36,115 nt of DNA, from NCBI GenBank assembly GCA_031414955.1, contig JANOQV010000178.1, positions 1-36,115 on the forward strand, in the 5' to 3' direction. Shown here one piece after another: positions 18,394 through 25,861 of this stretch. The notes below the pieces were generated by a model. That model searched no databases. It had not been told where the DNA came from and saw nothing but the letters and a program-made list of their open reading frames with translations. Origin of the DNA: Pedosphaera sp. (GTDB lineage: Bacteria > Verrucomicrobiota > Verrucomicrobiia > Limisphaerales > SIBH01). Both the position numbers and the translations under genes were made by a program. Within the stretch, counting starts at the first letter, position 1. The number at the start of each line of letters is the position of its first letter.

Positions 18394-18591
18394 TCAGCCC
18401 TTCCCGTTTTTGCGCGCCCCGTGGCGGCGGCTTCTGGCGCCCGCGCGTTTCGCCGGCATCCGCGGGATGCCGGCGACGAAAGCGCCGAGCGTCTGCGGAT
18501 TGCCGAGGTAGCCGGGAAAGTATTTGTCCTCGATGGCGGCGATTCTCCGCAGATGTTTCATGAGCGCGGCCTTTGATTCTTTCATGGTCAC
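18394..18591 (-). CDS. Small basic hypothetical protein (63-65 aa)
   Basis: Fills the gap between two co-oriented genes; GTG 18591 or ATG 18585; no family recognised. Confidence 0.45.
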   Translation of the reverse strand: MTMKESKAALMKHLRRIAAIEDKYFPGYLGNPQTLGAFVAGIPRMPAKRAGARSRRHGARKNGKG

Positions 18592-18616
18592 AATGTCTGT
18601 CTTTCCATTTTCCCGT

Positions 18617-19264
18617 TCAAGCCTCCGTTATTCGCACGCGGCTGAATTCGCGGCGGCAATGCTCCAGCAGCGCGCCGGAAATATTGAAGCCGTCGAGGAG
18701 GGCCGGCGCGTGGAGCGCCTTGCGGTAAAACGTGACGGAAGTTTCCGTGGTCTCGCCCCACACGGCCGGGACCCCGCACTGCCCGGCCAGTTCGCACAGG
18801 CCATAGAGAATCCCCGAACCAACCGTGCGGATGCGCGGCTCGTGCAGCGCGACAATGCGCGGGTGGATGGAGAGAAAATCGAGGTAGATGTGGCCGCACC
18901 AAGTGCGGCGGCAGTGGGCGAGGCCGAGCACGGGGGAAGGCGTTTTCCACGCGGCGCGCGCGAGGAGAAGAAAGGCGAGTTCGGCGCGGGATTGCCGGGC
19001 CGTGGCGGCTCGGATTTCCGCCATGCTGGTGACGACATGCCCCGTGCGGCGATGGTAGCGCCAGCGTTTGGTCGCAAGGCGGGCGAAGGCCAGGGCGTCG
19101 CGGGCCGGCTCGTGGCGGCGGAGCGCGGGCGGGAGCCGCCAGTCGCCGAGCAGGGCAAAATCGGATTCCCGGCCAAACACGAGTTCAACCGGACGCGCCG
19201 CATCGCCCTCCAGAACACGGAAGCGCGTGAACAGGGACGAAGACGTGGTTATCCCTTTGCTCAT
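18617..19264 (-). CDS. Divergent GNAT-fold acetyltransferase-like protein
   Basis: IYLDFLSIHP...RIRTVGSGILYGLCELA...G...VWGETT.TSVTFYRK resembles GNAT motifs A/B; ATGA overlap with the upstream gene. Confidence 0.6.
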   Translation of the reverse strand: MSKGITTSSSLFTRFRVLEGDAARPVELVFGRESDFALLGDWRLPPALRRHEPARDALAFARLATKRWRYHRRTGHVVTSMAEIRAATARQSRAELAFLLLARAAWKTPSPVLGLAHCRRTWCGHIYLDFLSIHPRIVALHEPRIRTVGSGILYGLCELAGQCGVPAVWGETTETSVTFYRKALHAPALLDGFNISGALLEHCRREFSRVRITEA

Positions 19265-22119
19265 CGCACGGTCACAAAGTCGTTGTGGTTGAACAGCACT
19301 GCGACCAGCGCCTCTCTCGCCTTGTCAGCGGATGAACTCCTGGTCCGTGCTTCAAGAAACTCGCGACAGAGCTTCAGCTCATCGTTCTTGGGTTGCCGCG
19401 CCAGAATTCGCACAAAGGACTGACGCGCAAACGATTCCATTTCATCAGCGCCCGGCGCGGCCAGTTTTTTCGCCAGCGCCCTGGCTTCATTGAGCGTGAG
19501 TTCGCTGTTCGCCATCGCGAGGGCCTGTTGCGGGACCACGGTCGGGTGGCGGATGTAGCATTCGGTTACGGCCGGGCCGTCGAAAATTTTCAGGAACTCC
19601 ATTTCCTTCTCTGCCGCCTGCCGGAAGTAAATGCTGCGACGCTTCGATTTGAGGCCGAGGTTGTGATCGATGTCCGGTCCGCCCCTCGCCAGGTCAAGAC
19701 TGCCGCTCACGTAGAGCAAATTATCGCGCACCACTTCCGCCTCCATCCGCCGCGAGTTCATGCGCCAGAGGAAGGTGTTGTCCGGATCAATCTTCGCGTC
19801 CGCCTCGTCCGGCGTGGAGGCCATGCGGTAAGTGCTGCTGGTGACGATGAGGCGGTGGAGGTGTTTCATGGACCACGACAACGTGCCGCCAGCATCTTGC
19901 TGGCGTTCTTCGGAGTTTCGCCAGCGAGACGCTGGCGGCACGCTGGACTGCATCAACTCACTCGCCAGCCAGTCGAGCAACTGCGGGTGGCTCGGCGGTT
20001 TGCTGGCGCGTCCGAAGTCCTGCGGTGTCGGCACTAGCGCCTGGCCGAAGTGACGCAGCCAAATCTGGTTTGCCGCCACGCGCGCAGTCAGCGGATTGTT
20101 CGTACTCACGACCCAGCTCGCGAAGGCGAGACGGCGGCCGGTGCTGGTGGTGGGAAATTTCTCCGTGGTGCGCGGCTTGAACTCGGTGTCCGGCGCGGCG
20201 TTCCATTTGGTCTCCGCCCCGGCCAAGGACTTCTCAGCCTCCGCCGTTTTCTTTTTTGCATCCGCCAGTGCTTGGACAGTTTTGTCTTCCACCGGTTTCT
20301 TGGCTGCGACCTGCTCAACTTCATTGGTCGCCTTCGCGTACTTTGCTTTCGCCACGTCCGCCTTCCTCTGCGCGTCCGACTCGGCGGCTTTCGCCTGATG
20401 CACTTTCAGCCGCGCCTCGGCCACCACGACCTCGCGCTGGCGCAGCACGGCGTTCGTTGCGGCGATTTTCCACGCACCGCTGCCAAGCCGCACGGCGTCC
20501 TCCAGTTTCTCCGCCTCGATCACGGCGGCCAGCGCGGCCTGGCGCGCTTCGGTGATGGTGAGGGACAATTCCTGCTCCGCGAGTTTTGCGGAATTCGTCT
20601 GGTTCGTCCGCGCCGCCATGAGTTTCGTCCGCGCTTCCATCAGGAAATAATCCGCCGCCGCCAGCGCGTCGCGATACACGAAGTCGCGCTTGTCGGGATG
20701 GCTCGCGCTCAACGGCAACGACACAAGCTGAACGTCCAGCGACCCGCCCAAGGCGCGCGGCACGTCGGGCAACATCACGCGATTGGTGTCCGCCTTGCGC
20801 TCATCGCCGCGGTTCAGGAAGTAAGTCGGAGGATTCGTGTCCGTGTCGAACACGCGCACCAGTCCAGCGTTCAAGGTGTTCGTTTCGCCCGGCACGGCGT
20901 CGGTGCGGACCCAGTGCGGCTCGAAGATGGCGCGCATGGAGTAATACTCCGCCTGCGAAATCGGGTCGGTCATGTGGTCGTGGCATTTCGCGCAGCCGAC
21001 CGTGACGCCGAGAAACGCCAGCGACGTGTGCTTCACCGTGTCTTCCAGCCACTGCTCGCGACTGAGCATCTTGTAATTGCGGACGAGAAAGCCGGTGGCG
21101 CGCAAGGTGTTCGTGTCCTCGGGCGCGAGTTCATCCGCCGCGAGCATCTCGACGATCATCCGGTCGTAGCCCTTGTCCGCATTGAGCGATTCCACGATCC
21201 AGTCGCGCCATTTCCAGATGTGCGGCTTGCTGTCTCGAATCTGGTTGCCGCCGCTCCAGCCCGCCCAGTCGCTGTAACGCCACACGTCCATCCAATGCCG
21301 CGCCCAGCGTTCGCCGTGGCGCGGATCGGCCAGCAACCGGTCCACCACGCGCTCGTAGGCGTCAGGTGACTGGTCGTTTTCATACGCCGCCAGTTCCTCC
21401 GGCGTGGGCGAGAGCCCGATGAGGTCGAGATACAGGCGGCGCAGAAGAATTTCCTTCGCTGCTTCAGGCCGCGGCTTCAAGCCCCGCGCCTGATGCTCGG
21501 CGGCGATGAAGGCGTCGATGGGATTGCGGATGGGAAACTCGCTGGAGCGGCGGGCGGCGCGAGTCCCTGTTCCATTCGCAGAAGACAGAGTGGGACTCGT
21601 GGAACTCTTCCCTCCCACGACCGGCACCGCCGGTCGCGTTACCGGCTCGAAGGGCTGCCAGCGATACGACGCCAGAAACCGGCCGAACTCGGCACGTTTG
21701 CTTTTTGCCGCCGCCAGTTCCTTTTTCGAGGGCGCATCGTTCGCATCGCCGGGATTATGGCCCAGCAGAATTTCCGTCTCGTTGTCCGCGCCGTCGCCAT
21801 CCGCGTCTTCGCGCGCGATCAGTTTCAGCCGCGCGGGAATGTCCCTTTTTAATTCGTCTGCCCCCATTCGTCTGCCCGCCTCCCTCAGTCGCGCACCGAA
21901 GGGATTGTGCGGAAACTCGTCGAGGCTCTCAGGATTCTTGTGGTCGCTGGGCAGATGGCACGTCGTGCAGCGCGCGAGATTCTTCGCGAGGAACTTGTCG
22001 TAATGCTTGTCCAGCGCGGCTTTGTTCGCGGGTGTGGCCGGGGCCAGCCACGCCGAGAGTGCGAGCCACCCGCCGATCAAGGCGAGAGCGGGAAGGCGCC
22101 GCTGGTTCCGCGTGTGCAT
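19261..22119 (-). CDS. DUF1549 (PSCyt2)/DUF1553 (PSD1) c-type cytochrome-like protein
   Basis: Signal peptide, CTTCH, NPIDAFI, LLRRLYLDL.GL.P, GERWARHW.D, CAKCHDH, R..LA.W....NPLTARV.AN..W, PPSHP.LLDWLA, RRMEAE..RD, PQQAL. Start ATG 22119 is supported by TGn-TACGCT 7 nt upstream. Confidence 0.92.
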   Translation of the reverse strand: MHTRNQRRLPALALIGGWLALSAWLAPATPANKAALDKHYDKFLAKNLARCTTCHLPSDHKNPESLDEFPHNPFGARLREAGRRMGADELKRDIPARLKLIAREDADGDGADNETEILLGHNPGDANDAPSKKELAAAKSKRAEFGRFLASYRWQPFEPVTRPAVPVVGGKSSTSPTLSSANGTGTRAARRSSEFPIRNPIDAFIAAEHQARGLKPRPEAAKEILLRRLYLDLIGLSPTPEELAAYENDQSPDAYERVVDRLLADPRHGERWARHWMDVWRYSDWAGWSGGNQIRDSKPHIWKWRDWIVESLNADKGYDRMIVEMLAADELAPEDTNTLRATGFLVRNYKMLSREQWLEDTVKHTSLAFLGVTVGCAKCHDHMTDPISQAEYYSMRAIFEPHWVRTDAVPGETNTLNAGLVRVFDTDTNPPTYFLNRGDERKADTNRVMLPDVPRALGGSLDVQLVSLPLSASHPDKRDFVYRDALAAADYFLMEARTKLMAARTNQTNSAKLAEQELSLTITEARQAALAAVIEAEKLEDAVRLGSGAWKIAATNAVLRQREVVVAEARLKVHQAKAAESDAQRKADVAKAKYAKATNEVEQVAAKKPVEDKTVQALADAKKKTAEAEKSLAGAETKWNAAPDTEFKPRTTEKFPTTSTGRRLAFASWVVSTNNPLTARVAANQIWLRHFGQALVPTPQDFGRASKPPSHPQLLDWLASELMQSSVPPASRWRNSEERQQDAGGTLSWSMKHLHRLIVTSSTYRMASTPDEADAKIDPDNTFLWRMNSRRMEAEVVRDNLLYVSGSLDLARGGPDIDHNLGLKSKRRSIYFRQAAEKEMEFLKIFDGPAVTECYIRHPTVVPQQALAMANSELTLNEARALAKKLAAPGADEMESFARQSFVRILARQPKNDELKLCREFLEARTRSSSADKAREALVAVLFNHNDFVTVR
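19882..19942. repeat. REP-like inverted doublet in frame within DUF1553
   Basis: cgtgccgccagcatcttgctggcg / cgccagcgagacgctggcggcacg; 24-bp arms, 2 mismatches, 13-nt loop. Confidence 0.9.
21544..21615. repeat. Degenerate REP-like inverted doublet in frame just upstream of the DUF1549 domain
   Basis: ggagcggcgggcggcgcgagtccc vs reverse complement of 21592-21615 ggagggaagagttccacgagtccc; shared GGAG...CGAGTCCC. Confidence 0.65.
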
Positions 22120-22312
22120 GCTCTGGAGCGTAGCACCCCGGCCAGGCCGTTGGAAACATCCAAGTCCGCTCAGGACCCGCTGTTCCACCGGTGGATTCGA
22201 GAGTCGCGAGTTGGCGCCGTTTTATGCGCCGCCAAAGCGCGGGGGGCGGTGCAGTCCAAGGCCCGACGGACTTCACGAGGGTTCGTGACATGAGATTGCG
22301 TCCTGGCAGGCC

Positions 22313-22334
22313 GATTTTGGACTTTGGACTTTGG
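22313..22334. repeat. Solo heptamer array (CTTTGGA)n upstream of recG
   Basis: gattttggactttggactttgg; same unit as in ubiD. Confidence 0.75.
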
Positions 22335-22359
22335 GCCGCGGACCTTATAAACCCGGCCC

Positions 22360-24501
22360 GTGTCGGCTGCGTCAAAACTTACGTTGCAATCGCCCGTCCG
22401 CGATCTGGCGGGCGTGGGACCGGAGCGGGCGGCGCAACTCGAACGTCTCGGTCTCCGCACCGTCGAAGACTTGTTGTTGCATCGTCCCCATCGCTACGAA
22501 GATCGCCGTCATTTCATTTCCATCGCGGAGTTGAAGTTGAAGGAGCCGGCCACGGTGCGCGGCAAAATTGTCGCCCAAGGGCTGAAGTATTATCAGCACC
22601 GGGAGAAATCCATCTTCGAGTTCATCCTTGATGACGGCACGGCGCGCCTGCACTGCCGCTGGTGGAACCTGCCGTTCATGGAGAAGTATTTTCAAGTGGG
22701 CGACGACGTGATGGTATTCGGCAAGCCGCTCTCGCTCAAGCCGCGCACCGTGGATCATCCGGACACCGAGGTTCTGGACCCGGACGAGGATGTGTCCATC
22801 CACCTCGACCGCATCGTGCCGGTGTATCCGCTCACGGAAGGGCTGCCGCAGCGCTGGCTGCGCTCGCTGGTATGGCGGGGGCTGCGGGAATGCGAGGAGC
22901 AGTTCGTGGAGGGGTTGCAGGTTGCAGGTTGCAAGTTGCAGGTTCAACCGAGTTCGAGTGGCGCGACGGGCCAACCTGCCACCTTCAACTTTCAACCTGC
23001 AACTTCTCTCCCCACCCGCGCCAACGCCGTTCACATGCTGCATTTCCCCGAAGAACTCGCGGACGCGGAAATCGCGCGGCAGCGGCTGGCCTTCGACGAA
23101 CTGTTCGCGTTGCAGTTGGAGATTCAACGGCGGCGGCGCGCGTTGGAGCAGAACGCCGTGGCGCTACCGTCGGGCGGGACCAATGAGTTGATGCGCCCGT
23201 TCCTGGCCGCGCTCGGATTCAAGCTCACCGGGGCGCAGACGCGTGTGCTCCGCGAGATCCGCAAGGACATGAGCGGGGCGGTCCCGATGCGACGGCTGTT
23301 GCAAGGCGACGTCGGCTCGGGCAAGACGGCGGTCGCGGCGTGCAGCGCGCTCATGTCCATTGAGAGCGGGTTCAACGTGGCCTTGATGGCACCGACGGAA
23401 ATCCTGGCCGAGCAACACTTTCAGAACTTCACGCGCTGGCTGGCGCCGCTGGGTGTGCGGGTGGAGTTGCAGACAGGAGCGAGGAAAACGGTTGAGAGTT
23501 CAGAGTTGAGAGTTGAGAGCAGAATTCCGAACGCCGCCCGTTCCGCCTCTCAACCCTCAACCCTCAACCCTCAACTCTTCATCGGCACTCACGCGCTCAT
23601 CACGCCCTCGTTCGACATGGCGAAGCTCGGGCTGGTCATCATCGATGAGCAGCACAAGTTCGGCGTGGCCCAGCGCGAGCAACTGTTGCGCAAGGGGCAT
23701 TATCCGCACCTGCTGGTGATGACGGCCACGCCCATCCCGCGCACGCTCGGGCTGACGCTTTACGGCGACCTGGATTTATCCGTCATCGACGAATTGCCAG
23801 CCAATCGCGGACGCATCCGCACCTTTGTGCGCAGCAATGCACAACTGGTTAAGGCGCAGGAATTCATGCGCGCGCAAATCAAGCAAGGCCGCCAGGCTTA
23901 CGTCGTGTATGCGCGCGTCGATGTGGCCGACAGCGAGGCCGGCATCAAGGCCGCGACCGAGGAACTCGCGCGCTGGCAGAAAGATTTCGCCCCGGACCGC
24001 GTGGGCTTGTTGCACGGCCGCCTGAACGCCCGGGAGAAGGAGCAGGTCATGGCGGACTTCCGCGCCAACCGCATCCAGGTGCTGCTCGCCACCTCGGTCA
24101 TCGAGGTTGGAGTGGATGTGGCGAACGCGACCGTGATGCTGATCGAGAACGCCGAGCAGTTCGGCCTCGCCCAGTTGCATCAGTTGCGCGGCCGGGTGGG
24201 GCGCGGCGCGCATGAGTCGTTTTGCATTCTGGTCGCGAATCTGAGGACGGATCTGGCCGCGCAACGGATGCGGGCCATCGAGCAGGCCACGGACGGATTC
24301 GCGCTGGCCGAGGCGGATTTGAAACTGCGCGGGCCGGGGGACTTTCTGGGCGCGAACCAGAGCGGGCTGCCGCCGTTTCGTTTCGCCGACCTGGCCGGAG
24401 ATCTCGGTTTGGTGGAGCAGGCGCGCGCGTGCGCCCGGCAGTCCGCTCCGGCGGCGAACGCAGTGGAGGCAGCTCGTCCCCTCAACAGCGACGAAGGGTG
24501 A
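22360..24501 (+). CDS. recG: ATP-dependent DNA helicase RecG
   Basis: GVGP....L..LG..T..DLL.H.P.RYEDR, RLAFDEL, RLLQGDVGSGKT, MAPTEILAEQH, IIDEQHKFGV.QR, MTATPIPRTL, IEVGVDV.NAT, QLHQLRGRVGRG, DGF.LAE.DL.LRG.G. Confidence 0.97.
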   Translation: MSAASKLTLQSPVRDLAGVGPERAAQLERLGLRTVEDLLLHRPHRYEDRRHFISIAELKLKEPATVRGKIVAQGLKYYQHREKSIFEFILDDGTARLHCRWWNLPFMEKYFQVGDDVMVFGKPLSLKPRTVDHPDTEVLDPDEDVSIHLDRIVPVYPLTEGLPQRWLRSLVWRGLRECEEQFVEGLQVAGCKLQVQPSSSGATGQPATFNFQPATSLPTRANAVHMLHFPEELADAEIARQRLAFDELFALQLEIQRRRRALEQNAVALPSGGTNELMRPFLAALGFKLTGAQTRVLREIRKDMSGAVPMRRLLQGDVGSGKTAVAACSALMSIESGFNVALMAPTEILAEQHFQNFTRWLAPLGVRVELQTGARKTVESSELRVESRIPNAARSASQPSTLNPQLFIGTHALITPSFDMAKLGLVIIDEQHKFGVAQREQLLRKGHYPHLLVMTATPIPRTLGLTLYGDLDLSVIDELPANRGRIRTFVRSNAQLVKAQEFMRAQIKQGRQAYVVYARVDVADSEAGIKAATEELARWQKDFAPDRVGLLHGRLNAREKEQVMADFRANRIQVLLATSVIEVGVDVANATVMLIENAEQFGLAQLHQLRGRVGRGAHESFCILVANLRTDLAAQRMRAIEQATDGFALAEADLKLRGPGDFLGANQSGLPPFRFADLAGDLGLVEQARACARQSAPAANAVEAARPLNSDEG
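22913..23004 (+). repeat. Heptamer hairpin (GGTTGCA)x4...(AACCTGC)-type x4 in frame in recG
   Basis: Left arm 22913-22944, right arm 22973-23004; translates as LQVAGCKLQV...QPATFNFQPAT. Confidence 0.92.
23491..23575 (+). repeat. Heptamer hairpin (GTTGAGA)x4...(CCCTCAA)x4 in frame in recG
   Basis: Left arm 23491-23519, right arm 23547-23575; translates as VESSELRVES...SQPSTLNPQ. Confidence 0.92.
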
Positions 24502-24621
24502 GATTTGACCGACGGCCGTCCCGGCTGCCCCGGCGGCACCAGCCAGATGCAGCCCACCGACGGTGCGCCCATGAAAATCCGGTAGCCTCGCCCGGCGATT
24601 TCAGATACAGGTCTCCGCTCC

Positions 24622-25632
24622 ATGACGTCCCAAAAAATTGTTGTTTGTGGTGGCGGCGGCTTTATCGGCGGCCACCTTGTTGCTGACCTGCTGCGCCAGG
24701 GTTATCGCACTGTTCGCTGTGTCGATGCCAAGCCGATGGAAGACTGGTACCAGAAGTTTCCCAACGCCGAGAATCTCCAGCTTGATCTGCGCGACCGTGA
24801 AGCCTGCGAGCAGGCGGTGAACGGCATGGACGTTGTTTACAATCTCGCGGCGGACATGGGCGGCATGGGCTTCATCGAGAACAACCGCGCGCTCTGCATG
24901 TTGACCGTGCTGATCAACACGCACCTGCTCATGGCGGCAAAGAAATTTTCCGCGAAGCGTTTCTTCTACGCCTCCAGCGCCTGCGTCTATGCCGCCGACA
25001 AGCAGACCGACCCGAACGTGACCGCGCTCAAGGAAGCCGACGCCTATCCCGCCATGCCCGAGGACGGCTACGGATGGGAGAAACTTTTCAGCGAGCGCAT
25101 GTGCCGGCATTTCCGCGAGGACTTCGGTATCGCCACCCGCGTGGCCCGCTACCACAACGTTTATGGCCCGCATGGCACCTGGATGGGCGGACGCGAGAAG
25201 GCGCCGGCGGCGATTTGCCGCAAGGTCATCCAGGCGAATATTTCCGGGAAACACGACATCGAAATCTGGGGCGACGGCAAGCAGACCCGCAGTTTCATGT
25301 ATATCGACGACTGCCTTCTCGGCACGCAGCGCATCCTGGGCAGCGACATCATCGAACCGCTCAACCTCGGCAGCAGCGAACTGGTTTCCATCAACCAACT
25401 CGTCGATATCGTTGAGGACATCGCGGGCGTGAAGCTCAAGCGCAATTACAACCTGAGCGCGCCCAAGGGCGTGGCCGGCCGCAACAGCGACAACACGCGC
25501 ATCAAGGAACTGATGGGCTGGGAGCCTTCCACGCGCCTGCGCGTCGGACTGGAGAAGACCTACGCGTGGATCCACGAGCAAATCGTGACCGGGGCGCGGG
25601 ACAAGTCGGCCCCGGCGCTGGCTTATGCGTAA
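24622..25632 (+). CDS. NAD-dependent epimerase/dehydratase, GDP-mannose 3,5-epimerase-like
   Basis: GGGGFIG, NLAADMGGMGFI, YASSACVY, YGWEK, GGREKAPAA.CRK, WGDG.QTRSF.YIDDC, GRNSDN. Confidence 0.92.
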   Translation: MTSQKIVVCGGGGFIGGHLVADLLRQGYRTVRCVDAKPMEDWYQKFPNAENLQLDLRDREACEQAVNGMDVVYNLAADMGGMGFIENNRALCMLTVLINTHLLMAAKKFSAKRFFYASSACVYAADKQTDPNVTALKEADAYPAMPEDGYGWEKLFSERMCRHFREDFGIATRVARYHNVYGPHGTWMGGREKAPAAICRKVIQANISGKHDIEIWGDGKQTRSFMYIDDCLLGTQRILGSDIIEPLNLGSSELVSINQLVDIVEDIAGVKLKRNYNLSAPKGVAGRNSDNTRIKELMGWEPSTRLRVGLEKTYAWIHEQIVTGARDKSAPALAYA

Positions 25633-25711
25633 AGTGCCCCCGGCGTCCACTTGGTCGGGAGCGCAGGTCGAGACTGCTGTCAGAGGTTGAGCCCGTGGAT
25701 CGGACAGGGAA

Positions 25712-25812
25712 AAAGCGGCGCTAAAGCGACCGCACTCCAAACGCTGTCGCGCAGTTTCAGATGCCTCGTGCCGCGCGGAGCGTTTGGAGTGCGGTCGCTT
25801 TAGCGCCGCTTT
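25712..25812. repeat. Perfect 34-bp inverted repeat (REP-like doublet) between convergent genes; possible bidirectional terminator
   Basis: aaagcggcgctaaagcgaccgcactccaaacgct (25712-25745) equals the reverse complement of 25779-25812. Confidence 0.92.
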
Positions 25813-25861
25813 CGATCCAGAGGCGCCCGACCGGCCGACTCGGACGCCGGGGCGGCCCGCT

